DNA of 64,000 nucleotides from Gonapodya sp. JEL0774. Lineage: Eukaryota. Numbering within the stretch: position 1 is the stretch's first letter; the number at the start of each line of letters is the position of its first letter. Of this stretch, positions 1 to 13,865 are shown piece after piece. The stretch spans positions 1-64,000 of the forward strand of contig JADIIX010000132.1 of assembly GCA_027604505.1 (NCBI GenBank). Direction: 5' to 3'. The position numbers and the translations under genes were made by a program. The notes under the pieces are model-generated. The model was not told the DNA's origin and did not search any database. It was given only the letters and a program-made list of their open reading frames with translations.

Positions 1-1953
1 AAGTGGTGGTGGCCGTGTCCGCGGCGCTTCGAGTGCACCCGTAGAGAAAGCCCCGTCGTGTGCCTCCCCCGTATCCTCCACTCACCACCCACCACCCCCT
101 TTTTCCCCCTCCCCACCCCACCCTGCAAGACCCTCCTCATCCCGCTCTCCTTTCTCGTCTACGGCCTCACCTCCTCCCTCCTCAGCCCCCCCTCGGGCCG
201 CCTCTTCTCCCTGCCCCGCGGATGGACCTACCTCGTCGCGGCAACCGTGGCCACAGTGCTGGTCAACGCGGCGCTGTTGGCAAGCGTGGTGGCGAGTCCC
301 GGGGGCAAGGCCTGGGCCGTGGTGGTGGGTGGTGGGTTGTGTGGGACGGTGGATATGTGGGTTGGCGGGGGGGGGGAGGGGGGGGGGCTGGGGGAGGGGG
401 TGGGGAGTGGAGACGGATCGATCTGCGTACTCACCCGTGTGGCCTTGTTTTAAACTCCTCACGCTTACTCCGCTCGCGCTCACTGTCTCTCTCCATTGAT
501 CGATCGTTTTCCTTTGGTTTTTCTTTCCGCGCGGGTGGACTTGAACTTTTTCTGTCCGCTCCACCTTCACCTTGCTTGTTCCATGTTTCTTTGTGTCCTC
601 TGTTGTTGGTGGGGCTTCCGTTTTCTGTCGACAACACACACACACACGCACCCTATTCCAGGCTCACCAACAACCTCGTCAACATGAGCGTCACCCGAGT
701 CGCGAGCGTGTGCGAGACGCAGGCGACGCCTATATTCGCATTGTATCGGTGTGTGTCTGTCCGGACGCTTGTTTTGTTGGACTCTCTTGTTCGTGTTCGT
801 GCACCATGGTGTTGAACGGGTGATGACCTTTTGTTCCACCCACCCACACATATGGCCGACAATCCAACCTCGTTCTCCCCCCTTGGCCTGGCGCTCCAGC
901 TTCGTCTTCTGCGTCGCCTTCTCCCTGCTCGCCACACTCTCCACCACTCTTCCGACCCGGCCCGAAATCCCCCTCGCTGTGATCGCATGCCTCACCGTGG
1001 TGGCACTCCCGCCATACGCGCTGGCCATGCTCAAGGTGGACGCCATGACCGAGTCCAGAGGGAAAGGGAGGGCCAAGAGGAGGCACATGACGGTGTACAG
1101 GAGGGCGGCCAGGATGGCCCGGAGGTGGGCAGGCGCGCCGTGGAGGGATGAGGAGGAAATGCAGGGGATCGTGCAAGCTGGTGGGGGGGATGGTGGGGAG
1201 GGTGGGGAAGGTACGGATGGGGATGGGGACGGGGACGGGGACGGGGACGGGGAGGGAAATGGAAGCACGAGGATGTCCACGATGGGGGGAGGAGGGGCAG
1301 GCGGTACGATCGGGCGCAAGAGCAACGATGTGGGGAGCAAGGCTGCGATACCCTTGGTCGGTTCGCTGCGGGTGGTTCATGCAAAGATCAGGTCCGGTGG
1401 TGGTGCTGGTGGGAGTCGCAACAGCATGGGATCGGACGCGGGCGAGGTGCTCTTTGCTGGTGCCGACGAGTTCACCTCTGTGCCCGAGCTCTCGACTCCC
1501 CCATCATTGTCCACGAGACCAAAAGCGACGCCAAAAGTCCCCGCCGGCGCGACGACTGCCGCCACCACGGCGGTGATCTCACCTCGACGAGTCAGGGAAA
1601 AGTCCCCTCTCTCCGCCTCACGACCTCACGTTGCCAATCTGTGGGAATCGACAGAGCTCGTCGCCGTGTCTGGATCGGCAACGCAGACTGCCCAGGTGGC
1701 GAAGGATGCGACGAGGAGCACACCTAGTCTCGCTCACGACGGGGGTGGTACCGGTCCCGCGAAGCAATCTGGTGGCACGATATCGAAACGCGGAATGAAG
1801 CATGTCAGTCATGGTATCGGTACCTCGATAAAAGAATTGGCGGGGACGAACTTCGGGCCTATGCCAGAAGTGCAACCCCTGTCAAAATCCATGGAGTTGC
1901 CACCAGATCCAGTCGGTGGAAGTGTGAAGTGGGTCGCTGAAACAAGGCCCTGA
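1..1953 (+). CDS. 5'-partial multi-pass membrane protein with a long low-complexity C-terminal tail (hypothetical)
   Basis: Hydrophobic segments LLIPLSFLVYGL, WTYLVAATVATVLVNAALLASVV, FVFCVAFSLLATL and IPLAVIACLTVVALPPYALAML. Intron-like stretches end at AG ~661 and 899. The last exon is the ORF ending at TGA 1953. The exon model is uncertain. Confidence 0.5.
1216..1253 (+). repeat. Coding hexanucleotide microsatellite (GGGGAY)n encoding (Asp-Gly)n
   Basis: gatggggatggggacggggacggggacggggacgggga is read directly in the sequence. Confidence 0.85.
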
Positions 1954-2305
1954 TGAAGCAACTTTAATCCGCAAATGGAATGAAATGAACTACTTGGGGA
2001 CTGCAACTGCTCTAAGCGTCTGCGAAGATCCCAAAATGAAAGAGGAAGACTCCCCCATTTTTGCTTCGGAATATTTGTTAAAATTAGTTTTTCGTTGTTG
2101 GTTCATCTCGAGCACAAGGAAAATAAACACTGCGAATTAATTTATTGCGAAATACGCAGTAAAAGAGAGACATAAGCGTTGTCTCGTCTACGGGCAAAAG
2201 TTGCGAGCTGCAAATCCTTTAGTGCACCCGAAAAGCTTGCAAAACGCAAGAAAAAAAAAAAAGAGGAAACAAGTACAAAATGATGGTCCTTCGATTCAAA
2301 ATCAA

Positions 2306-4655
2306 TCAGCGCGAATCTTTCCCGTACTCAATGAGACCTCGTTGCATCTTCCAACTGGTGAGGAAACCGATCAACCCCACAGCGGCAAGCAGGTTGTACA
2401 CCAAGTGCCGGTCAAAGGGAAATGGAAGACCCCATTGCAGTGAACCCGCGTAGAGCATTCCGAACAGACTGGGTCCAAAAGAACCGGCGAGCGAAACGCC
2501 CGACTGAGATGCGCCGTTTGCCAGGCCAAGCTTGACCGGGGGTGCAGCGTCAATGATGAGGAGAGACGAAGAGGTGACCTGACGCGAGGATTTAGTCGGA
2601 TATATCATGAGGGTGTGGCATGTCAGGTGCGGGGCATAATCTTTCTTGACTCACCGCCATCAACTGGAAGAAACTCTTTGCAACTAGGAGTGTAACCAAT
2701 CCTGCCCACTCCAAAATCCACCTGGTGTACGATATGTAACCCCCTCGGTCCACTTGGTTCCCAGCAATATATCCCAAGAATGGCATGAGAAATGCCTGGA
2801 ATGTGGCACCAAACATGCCCCAGCGGAAAAGCCCCAAACGACCGATCTTGATCTCGAGAGTGTGGTAGAAGAATGCCTGACCAACCATGTTCACCGCACC
2901 GAAAATCGTGATGGCGATGCCGATATCCCGAGGTTCGAAATTGAGACCTCCAAAAGGAGCAGGAGTAGATGCAAAGCTGAAGATACCGAGACATTTTAAG
3001 CAAGCTCAGATTGAAAGGAACGAGAACGTGCTATCCGTCAACTTACAGGGGGAATAGCTCGTTGTCCGTGATGAGCATAAACATGGCACAGAAAAATCCT
3101 CCAAGCATGGTCCAGCAGAGGCCAGGTAGCCCCAATGCCCACCAGTCTGTTTCGAACGTCCTGATCTTCTTTGATGGTGCCTCGGGAGCCAGCAAAGGTG
3201 ACGTCTCACTCTCTGTGCTTTCGTATGGTGGGGGGGCCCCGCTGGGTGACGGTGGTGGAGTTGCGCGGCCTTCCTCGGCAACAGACTCAGTGTTGTTGGC
3301 GGGAGTACTCGGAGCAGGACCATGCTCTCCCCCACCGATAAGATTGGCGTTGATCGCTCGTCGCCCTTTGGATTCCTCGAGATACAAAACACCGAGAAGG
3401 AATCCCACAAAAGAGATAAATGACGTAGCAACGCATGGGAGGAGATACCTACGATAGTGACCGGAATAAGACGTCAATACGGTGATCCAACGGTCAGGGA
3501 ACAGTTGTCCCTGAAATACTCGACACTCACGGGAAACGTCGCCAGATCTCGTATCGAGCAAAAATAGATGGGAAGTGCTTCGCAGGGTCGGTCAAGAATC
3601 CGCCTAGAGCTGAAGACGGACGTGCTCTGTCAAACTCAGTATGAAGACCACTGGCTGGGTATCAAATCAAGCTCACCAGGTCCAAGAACTGCACCCATCC
3701 TACATAGCAAAAAGAGCGGAAGTAGCCGGGTGGCAAATTACCTTCCGAAACAGTCTCACCACAAACGGAGCTACTCAATCTCACCTCCAAAATAAAAAGA
3801 AGTATGAAAACGCGATGGCTTCATTGCTTTTGTCTGTAATCTCGGCAACAACACTTTTGGCAACCCCAGTATTGGCGTTGAATGCTCCTTGAAGCATTCG
3901 GACACCAAGGGCCCACTTGTACGACTTGGACATTCCGAAAGCAAGGGCACAGAGGCTGTTGGCAATAAGACCAATGAGCTGAAAACACGTCAGGTTCAAA
4001 TTTTGAGAAGATGTGGCTTTCCTCAAAGGGCTCCGACGCTAGGAGGGCAGCCACTCACCAACACGGGCCTTCGACCCCACTTATCCGAGACTTCATCAAA
4101 GATATCAAAAATCGATAGCAAGCAGTCAAATTTTCATCTTGACTGTTTTAAAAGACTTTTCTGAGCTCACCCCAGCCCCATGGAAGATTGGAAAAGAACT
4201 GGGCCATGGAAAACGCTGACGCGAGAATCCCTACATAAGTCCCCAATTGTCGTTCATCTTCGGCAATCTTAAAGTCGCGAACCATGAAGTACTTCATTCA
4301 CGTCGATGGTTGAAGTGGTCAGAACAAAAATGTGCGTTGGTGTGACCGAATCCACGTAGATGGGGAAGAGAAAATGACGTGATCGGCATTGGCCCCGGTT
4401 GAGGAAGAAGCAAATGGAGAGACTCACCACAAAAGGAAAGAGAATGGATTGCTGTACGAACTCCGTGAGGGCAACGATGGACACAACGAAGAGTTGCATT
4501 TTCGGGAGTGGAGTCTGTTTTCGTTGAGAGGGACGTGAGGACTCGGAGGGAGATACAACGTCTGGAGAACCGTGCGCCATTGATGGAGAGTCAATGATTG
4601 TGGTGTCGGAATCTACGCGAGTGAACGGAGGGGCGTCGTCTTTGGTCCCCTTCAT
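2306..4655 (-). CDS. Major facilitator superfamily transporter (ZIF1/YCR023C-like), multi-exon
   Basis: TPLPKMQLFVVSIVALTEF..SILFPF, VRMLQGAFNANTGVAKSVVAEITDKSNEAIAFS, YLLPCVATS..LYLEES and IIDAAPPVKLGLANGASQSGVSLAGSFGP are typical MFS motifs. Confidence 0.9.
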
Positions 4656-5070
4656 ATACACGGCAAAAGATGTCGAAGCCCGTCGTCAGGTGGTAGGAAT
4701 GCGAGTAGCAAGCGAGGATGAAATCAACAACGATGTAGTGGAGTTCGCGTGTTTCTTTTCCTGTCGTGGGGACCTTATCGGCGAGAGATGAAAGGCAGAC
4801 CACAAAAGGGCAACAACCACGATCGCGCTCTCTAACAAACGAGGAGCGATAACTGAATCCCCGTCCGCACAGACTCGAAAAGCAAATTGATTAAATTGAT
4901 TAAGTAACTCTTCGAGAGGAACTGAGAAACATACATTCAAAAATAAGCGTCCAGTGAATACGCTTTCAATGCCACCTCAATGCAAAGTTTGCTGAAGGTG
5001 CTTCCGATGAGGCTCACAGAATATATCAAAAGAATAATTAAGGATTGCTAAAGCCAAAACCAGCTAGTAT

Positions 5071-6452
5071 CTATAACCTCTCCAGCTCATCGACCAGTTC
5101 ATCCCATTCCGATACCACGACGTCATCGATATATGGCCTGTGCCTCCAGCTCGCTAGCAACGTCATAGCAAGGCGATGCGAAAAAAGAAGTCCCGAATCT
5201 TCCTCTTCGGCGAGATTGCGAGACAACCCGTTTATGAGCCTCAAATCGTTTGTTGCACACATTATAATTGTTCGCCGTAGTAAAATGTCCTGTGTGAACA
5301 TATCCTTCACTGTATTGGCAAGGATAGCTAAGTATGTCACCATCATTGCAAGCAATCAATGAGCCGAGACAAAGCAATCGGAAAACTTCTTTGTGACGGA
5401 ACATACATATCCGGTGAAGGGTCCACGTTCCCAAATCTCCTCCACCATCAGAAGGTGTATTGGTCGGGGAGCCCTTTGCTCGTGCTTCTGGGCTCGTTGT
5501 ATAAGAGTATGCTGCAGGTCGTGGTGCTGAGGCCATGGGCTCTCGCCCTTGCACGGGTGACGAAGGTCCTGTTCGACTCATGGGGAGAACTCTCGACTCG
5601 ATGGGTCCACTTGGTCCGAACAGAGGTTTTGAATAGACCCACTCTGGCCCTACATTGTTGGCAGCTTCATCGCAAGCACGGTCTAGCGTCGAACAGAGCG
5701 TGTTTAATCTTGTGAGCCTCGACATCTTGTAGGAGATTCGTGAGTTGGGTCCCAGACCATCGAAGCCAGAAAGACGAGCACAGGACATACCATGTCATCA
5801 TAGATCATCATAGCCTCCTCCACGAGTAGTTCTAACCTAGCTTCCATGTCTTCTGCGTTCGCTACCGCATCAACTTTGGCACCTTCATCCCTGTCTGAGT
5901 CACGATGTTGTTTCAGCCAACATCCTATAGTGTCCGACACAACGGTGACATCCTGTTGAGCTCCTCCAGCCGCTGGAGGCCAATTTGACACTGAGAGGTA
6001 CGGAAGCGTGCTCTCAGGTCGACTCTAACTTGACGATTGTTGGAGTGGGATGTTCCACGAATCAGCCATCCCGCATCCACGAACATTGCGAAAATTTTGA
6101 TACGTGGGTTGGCCATCAACAGCAATCATGGTCATCGTGTGAAAGATAAAGATGATTTCTTTTGAAAACTCACATTTTGGTCTCCGGTGATCGATCCATT
6201 CACGATTTCTTCATTCGCCTCCTCAATTGTCATTTCTCTTTTAAGCCTTTCATTTATAAGTCTTTGAATGATTTCGAAGTTCCCGCTTTGGTCCTCATTG
6301 GAAGAGTCAACATTCGGGCGTCGCGAGAACTTTGGTTCGATACCACCGGCAACGGAAAGAAGCGGCGCGATACCCCTCTCTCTCAAGACAACACGATCGA
6401 TGTCAGTGACTGTCGATCGAACGATGCGCTTGATCGAGGCCAGAGTTTGCAT
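5071..6452 (-). CDS. CINP-like (CDK2-interacting protein) homolog, multi-exon
   Basis: The C-terminal pattern KPLFG..TWTLHR..DMFTQDILLRRTII..TLLASWRHRPYIDD parallels the CINP C-terminus as I recall it (PLF.TW, ELLLKRTV, LSMWLHQPYV). Confidence 0.5.
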
Positions 6453-6542
6453 ATTTGAAGTTATTTGTTATTACACGAACATTTTTCGACTGAGCACATC
6501 AACATCTCATGAACTTTCACGGAATTCGAAAACTATTCAGCT

Positions 6543-7150
6543 CTACGCGGTATAAGCACGGCGGCGTTCTTGTTCATGTTGGTCGTCCAGTTTTATATCT
6601 GCGTGCCCTCCAGATGATTTCCTTGGAGAGTAACCTCGAGGCACACGAACGCTTGGCTGTGCGGTGCTTCGACCAAGAGCGAACGATGAAACATCGCTTG
6701 GGGCCGTGAAGATCAGAACTAGGCCTTTGAGTCGCCGGTGTAATGCAAAAGTTATAGGCGAACATGGGTTTCAACAATGGGAAGCCTTACCGATCATGAC
6801 AAGAAAAATGCCAGCTATGATTTTGAAGGCAGTGCATAGGAGAGTCAGTTTTCAAGATTTTTCCATAAGCGAGCGTTTATTTAGTATGTGAACTGAACAA
6901 CGGGTTTACCTATGCGAATTGCTGATTTTCCTCCATCGTCTGTGCGTTGATTGTTTGAACGATTGGAGGCCGCCTTGGTATTCTTTGATTTCTTCCGAGC
7001 TGCAGCCGAAGATTGCTCATCTTGGTCCTGGAACTGCTCGTCGGAATCGTTATGCGGGCGTCTTCGAGAAATGTTATTCGATGTGGCACTGTCGTCTTGG
7101 CGAGCCGACACTTTGCTCGATTTGCGTGAGGAGGACCTTAGTTGCGGCAT
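6543..7150 (-). CDS. Small hypothetical single-pass membrane protein, 3 exons including a 24-nt micro-exon (6791-6814)
   Basis: Manual splicing at GT-AG sites gives an open frame: MPQLRSSSRK...KSAIRI-AGIFLVMI-GLVLIFTAPSDV...RRRAYTA*. Confidence 0.6.
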
Positions 7151-7555
7151 TTCTGATGTACTGATAATATGATACAGTCTCAAGGAACTGGTTTATAGTG
7201 TGACTCGGCCGGAATTTACTGGAGTATGCGAAGATGAGCGAAGGCTGGAGCACCCCAACAACAACAACCTAGCAGCAATCTTATTGAGATTAATGATTGA
7301 TTAAGCAACCGGTCTGGGTATAGGATGGAATATTTGTTTCCTCGACGTGCCGTTTCATTAATTCGATAAATGATCATACGCGCGAAGCGGGCGATGCGAG
7401 TTTATTTGTGACATTGTTTCGAAGATCCATACCGCATTCCTTTTGTACACACATTATCGTCCGTAGTTTCGACTACGCCTAAGTTGTTTTTGTCTGATGA
7501 GGCCGGCCGAACAGTCGGGGAGAAGGCCACAGCCTCTACTGTTCAGTTTGATAAC

Positions 7556-8602
7556 ATGGGTGGATGCTTGAGCACTCAGCCTACGGAAGGAAGACGATTA
7601 ACACAAAATGGTCCTGTTACTGGTAGGTGCTTGTTTGTGCGTGGACCTATGTCCCACATCAATCATCACGTTTGCGACTTAGGCGGCAACAGACCTCTTC
7701 TGCCCTGGGAGTCCTACACTGTGAGTAAAGCACACAGCTCATAGACTAGAGCCACTCTTGAACTCCTCGAAAAGTGGACGTCTCCAGTGCCAGTGACTGA
7801 GGAGAGTGTAATGAAACAGAGATTGGAGTTCTGGGACACGCAACCCGCATACGAGGTGAATGAAACCCAAGTTTCATTAACATCTTACACTGCTCACTTT
7901 GAGTATTTCAGGGTAGAGCGGAAACCTGGGCACTGCTGCGTCAAATGGTTGATTCCCCATCCCAAGCGCAGGCACTCGCTGATAACTCTGGTCTGATTTG
8001 TCCCACGGGGAGTCTGATAGGTTTGTACGTGGCGTCTTGAGATTTTTATGTAGCGCAGCAACTTTCTTTGTCGCAAACAGAAGGAGTCTATGACACGCAT
8101 GGAAATCTCTACAAAATACCTGCCTACTGCCTAACTCTACCTGCCAACGTCACTCGCTCTTCCACACTTGCCGGCGACTCTTCCTCGATGTCACCTAACA
8201 TGGAATTATCTGACTTGCAAAGAACAACGGAGTCTGCAGTTTCACCGGCCGCTCCTGCTGGAACAGGACCTCTCATTTCTGTGATTGCACGACTGAGCGT
8301 TGGCCAAGATATCAAGGTATTCTTACCTGAGTGTGCTTTCTGTTGGATAAGAACTGAACAGCATTCGTAAAAAGATGGAACTTCCGGAAGACACCAGTAT
8401 CACCTACTTCCGACACAGTATTGAAAAATCAACCGAGAGTAAATTGCGGGTCTCAAAAATCATCCACCTTGGCAAAGTACTGGAGGACAGCAAAAGATTG
8501 AAGGACTTACAATCGCCCCCCGTGGAGAAGTCTAGCAAAGGGAGGCCCGACAAAAAAGACAACCATCCTCTCATTTTGCAGGTTTTTGTAGCGCAAAGCT
8601 AA
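7556..8602 (+). CDS. Ubiquitin domain-containing protein (UBTD1/2, DC-UbP family)
   Basis: MGGC myristoylation/palmitoylation-type start, RLEFWDTQPAYEG..W, YDTHGNLYKIPAYCL..P.N, and a C-terminal ubiquitin-like segment (RLSVGQDIK..KIIHLGKVLED..ILQVFV). Confidence 0.9.
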
Positions 8603-8638
8603 TAGTGTATTATATAACACAACTAATTGTATCCAGAT

Positions 8639-11600
8639 TTATTCAACGAACTTCACTCTCTTCCTTGGCGGGCCTTCCAGGGCTACCGATTCCAAAGGAA
8701 GATTAGGGTCAATTTCCTCGACGACTCCGTGCGAAGAAGATCCTGCATTTTGATTGTGGGGATTGTCATTGTCCGATTTGCGTTTATTTTGGGTCGTGTC
8801 CTTCCCTTTTGATGGAGAAATTACGCCTTGCCTCGTCGGCACAGACTTCTTTGATTTGGCAACTGTATTCACTCCTGAAGACGAAGGCAGGCTTGCATCT
8901 CGCTCCACTGGTTGATAATAGTAGTCGACAGAAACTTCAGCCGACAGACTGCCCATGCAAGCTTGGCCATTGGATCCGTGATGTGGAGTATCCCCTGCCA
9001 TTGTGCCCAAAAGCGGTAGAGGGGACGAAAAGCAAGAAAACGGATCAGTTAGTGGGTCAAACGGTATATACTTGGCATCTTGCAACATTTTGATGAGAAT
9101 TGCACTGTCCTTAATGGACGAAAAGGAAGTACCTGCCGTAGCCCAGTTTGAACGAGTTTGAGCAGAGCACACAGATTACTCTCGACAGAAAACCACACGT
9201 ACCCTCGCGGTCTATTTCGTCTTTCCTCTGTACCATCTCCTCCTCAATTGTCCCTTTCGCAAACAATGTGACTGCGTGGACAACTCGTTTCTGACCGATT
9301 CGATGAGCACGCGCAATCGCCTGGCGCTCCTTTGCAGCACTACACACGGGCGCTGTGAAGTAGATGCGAGACGCAGTATGAAGATCGATACCTTAACAAC
9401 ATTGTGAGTCGCATTGGAATTGAGTTCTCCGATAGAATCAGATGTCAGGTAAACAAACCATAGGCAGCAATATCAATATTCATAATGATTGCCCAGAAGT
9501 TTGTTGCTGTGTTGAAAGTAGTTATTGTGGATGACCTCTCTGCACGACTCATCTGCTGATGGAAGAGAAGACATCGGATCTTGGCGATTCTGAAAGCTTC
9601 ATGCAAATGGTACACCTGCAGAATGGAAAATGGCATCAAGATTCAATCTTAGCGATTGATTACCGGACCATTACCTCGTTAGCGTGCTGGACATAGATGA
9701 TGGTCTTTTCACCATCGTTGGAGTGCTCTCTGACTCGGTCGACCAGGAAAGTTACTTTTTCAGACATACAGGCGACGACCACCGGGTTGACCTTGAAGAG
9801 ATCAAGATACTTGGCGCGTTCATTGTGGCTTGTCTGTCGACGAATGACGGTCTCGGCAGATTGATTTTCTGATGCGGCTACATGCCAATAGCCGAATGGT
9901 CAATCTTAAGGGCCCAGATGGGAATACTATCCTTACTACCTTCATCAAATGGGGCCGCTCCAAATTCCCGCTGATGTTCCTCTCCTGCATCTGTACCTAT
10001 CGCATCTCGAATAGAAACACGCAGTCTCTCCACACTTTCACCAGGTGACCTTTGTTGTAAAAGAGTGCGCATCAAGTACAGGTCCTCGGTATTCTTGGAG
10101 TTCTGTTCAGGCGGTCTTTCAAACCGGACGAGTGACACTTTCTGCTGGAGTTCATTCGTATGTGCTGAGTCATCCAAGTGGCATGATTGTGCAGTATCAA
10201 ATATCTCTGATTCAAGGCCAGGCCAAGTGGAGTGCACCGGAGCGAAATGAAGCTCAGGAACAGTCACGGGCTTTTCTAGCGCCCGGATGATGTATCCAAC
10301 ATCTCCTTCCACACTCTCTATATTCAGGTACTTGAAGAGCCTGTCATTCTGAGCCTCCTCAAACACTTGCTCGCATTCCTTAAGGTCTTTCACATCCTGC
10401 TCTGTGAAAAATACAAACTGCGGCACAAGGAGGGATTTCGATGCTTGGCGGGGACCATTATAGTCACGCATCTGGTCGATGTCCGGATATATCTGGTTTG
10501 AGCAGTCAACTTCAACCTTGACTTTCTTCTTGATTTGCACTCCTCTTTTGTTCAATGCCTCTCGAATATTGGCGAGACTGTCAGCAACAAAAGTCTTCTC
10601 AAAAGAAGACCACCACATGAATGACAATCGCATATTAGCGATGACAAGTCGTCGGAATGAGGCATTGCTCGGATGGAAGAAGTAATCTTCGTCTGATGTA
10701 ATTCAAAGTAGCACACCAGCCACAGTGAGCACACTTACGATTAAATTGGCGGAGTTGGACACTCGACCACCACTCACCGGTTTCTTGGGATAGAACTTTG
10801 TTCACAACGATTCCAGCAACCTGTAGAAAGTACATTTACGATGGTTACGCACGTGGAAAGGAAATAACACGTCAACAGAGAATACGAACGAAAACGTTGT
10901 GAACCAATTTTAAATATCGATTCAGTGCCACCGCTACCGGATCGTGAATTACAAGTTGAGGCAGCTAGCGAGGTTGCATGCGCATTCGGATCATCTGGTG
11001 CTGGTGCTCATGATGAGGGATGGTTCATACTAACCGCGATATCCCGGGAGCGGTCCTCTTCTCGGTGGCGAATCTTTCGAGAGAAGGGAAAAGTCAATCA
11101 AAGAGAGAAGAACAATTTTCAGCCGGCAAGGAGTGTCGTACCATAACTCTGTGCATAATGCTCTTCAACCGCTCAAGAGCACCGAACTCCTTGCTCTGGA
11201 ACGGACGGGTTACATACTTCTTCCAAGATGTCTTCGAATCAGAAACTTTTGGATCACTCGTAAATGGTTTCAATTTCAGATATCGCGTCAAGAGTGTCTC
11301 CACTGTTATCCCAACGGCAGACATTTCACTTGAGCAATCAACTGTAAATGCATCAGAGGTGCCTCACATTTTGTGAAATCCTTTGCCTCAGCCTTCTCAG
11401 CGTCGCCATGCATCTCTTCGGGGAACGGAGTTCCTGTGACGATCTTCGTGATAGACTGAGATCTCAAGGCCCACGATTGTGCGGAGCATAACCGGAGGAC
11501 CCACCCAAAATCGCTCGTAATTGAGCTTGGTAGCAAGAGATGTGGCATTATTGTTCTGAGCGAGACCGTGACCTAGCGAACACTCAACAAGAAGTACCGG

Positions 11601-13865
11601 AACAATGAGCGAACACATTCACCCACCTTCATCAACAATGACACGCAACCATTTGAGTTGCAACAGCGGCGAGGTAGGCCGTGTCCTAGTGTAGTACCTT
11701 TCCTTACATCGACAGTCTGTGTTCCGTGTCGAGCCCACGTAAGGGCAGTCGCATTTGCGAACCACACCACCAATTTCCAATCCCCCTTCTGATTCCTCCT
11801 GACCGAACCGGAGCGATGACATTATGACAACATCGTACTTAACGAGATCCTGTTGTTTAGGCGGAGTGGAATCACTCAGATCGGCAAGCAGGTTGCAGAA
11901 TAGCAACGGGGGAATTATGAGGATGTCCTCACCAGTGCAGGCGGTATCATGACGTCGGTTCCAGAAATGACAAGAATTCGCAACGACTCGCTGAATGTGT
12001 GCTGCAAGAACGAAGACTTCATGAACTCATTCTCAAGTAAGCAACCGCCTTAGAAAAATCATAACCAACCAAATTAAACTGGGATTGCCATTGGTCCAAC
12101 AATACGTCAGGCACAATGATTAATGTCACCCAGCTAAGAAAAACCTTGGTTGCTAAACCTTTCCCCTTCTCGCCCCCTCTTCTCAGCCGTTTCTTCAAAT
12201 CATCTGTGCGGTACTTGATGTAGTATGGGGGGTTCGACTGCAAAACTGAGGAGACCACATCGGGGAGTCTGTCTAGTTCTGACGCGGGGGGGATGCGGTG
12301 GCTGATGAGAGCGTGCGCCGCCAGAACAGAGAGGGATGGGATGCGATTTGGAGACAGCACGATTTGTTCATCTTGATCCGAGTCGGTTGATTCTCGATGA
12401 TACGGAGTGCAAGTTACCTGTGCCGTGCTGGGCGGCATTGCGAGGTGACGTCGCGTGGCACCAATCGCTGAGATGCAGATAAGTGTTTTACCACTACCCA
12501 TCTCTTCAGCGATAATGCTGGATTAAGATAGATGACAAGTCAGCAACTTTAAAGAACGAATGAAAGAAGGACTTGGACGCTCACCCAGCTCTCGGCTCTT
12601 CAAAAGCTTCCACCTCTCGCTTATGCGTCCAATCGTTGGAGTCCAAAAAATATTTGCATCCCGTCACATCCTTCAATTCTATATACCTCGGGTCCGACAC
12701 CTGTTCTGGGCATGACTCTCTCTGAAGAATCTTCGCCAACGCTTGGCGTTGGTAGCCGAACAATGTTGTGCTGACACAGGGTGGAGACTTTTCACAGAGA
12801 GCGGAGGTAATTAGTGGCTCGAAGAGAGTAGGGATATTGGAGATGTTGACATGGGGAGAGGACAGAGAATGGAAGACTTGAATAAGACGCTCCCTGCGTT
12901 CTTCTGTGGAGTTCTGACGCACAAAGGAGGCGAGTTCATGCAATCACATGCTATTCGAGTTGAGAGCAATCTGAACTCACGGGAAAGTATCTCTGCACTT
13001 GTCCGTCCCCTACGTCTCCCCGAGTCCATTTGCTCGGTGTTATGTCAAGGTAAAGATTGTACAACGACGACCATGCATCACGGAACTCTTGTTCGTTGCT
13101 TCCTGGGGTAGAGACGTCGGCCCAAATCCAGAATCTGACATTGCAAGTGTCCGATCGCGAGCTTGAACTCGCACTAGCCGCCCCAGAGACTTGTTCATCG
13201 TCGAGATTGGGAAGTCGGGCAATCGCAACACAAATGTGCTCGCTGACAAGCAGGTGCAAAATGCTGGAAACGACTTCGGTGGAAATGGGTGGGTTTGATG
13301 CAACGTTGCTTCCGCTTTCCCCTCTTGCTTTCCCTCTAGCTTTCCCTGCTGGTTTTCTAGGGTTCTTGACCGACGGGGCCTTTGGCAAAAGACTCCGAAT
13401 TGACTCTACGGATGCAAGTACTGCAGAAAGAGAGAGTGGTATATCACAGGGCCAACCTGGCCATGCTTCGCAAGCACGATTGTCTTGAGATTGGTTGTGT
13501 TGAGTAGTCAGAACCGCCAGTGAAGATTCAGAGCAGGCGCAATCGACGATGCCAAGTGGAATAAGATTGGAAAACGATTCCTTACGAGAATGGGTTTTCA
13601 TCTGAATGTCCGCATCGACAAAGTCGGACTTAGGGGAACTCGGAGTGGGACTGGGTGTGCTTGCCGACAAGGAGCTCGGGGAGAGCAGCAAGGGAGGGGA
13701 TAGAGGCTGGAGAGATGGAACATTGGTATGGTTTGATGCTTGCCGGACAGGTGTTGAAAACAGATCCTTGACAATTGGGATATCGAGCTTATAATCCATG
13801 AAATCGGTGGCAGCCAAAGTGACTTCACTTCGCGAATGCGTCTCTGAGAAGTCAATGAGAGTCAT
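8639..13865 (-). CDS. SNF2-family ATPase/helicase (Rad5/Rad16-like grouping), multi-exon
   Basis: Q motif LFGYQRQAL, motif I AEEMGSGKT, Ia TLIIVPDVLLDQW, II WLRVIVDEG(H), III VTGTP, VI QAIARAHRIGQ..GTIEE. Confidence 0.9.

Noticed and set aside
367..406. Poly-G tract as a functional G-quadruplex
   Set aside because: It fits the G-rich 5' / C-rich 3' intron composition also seen near 63200-63580; nothing specific supports a function.
5300..5310. ATATCCTT as a U12-type intron donor
   Set aside because: It lies antisense within a coding exon of the CINP-like gene.
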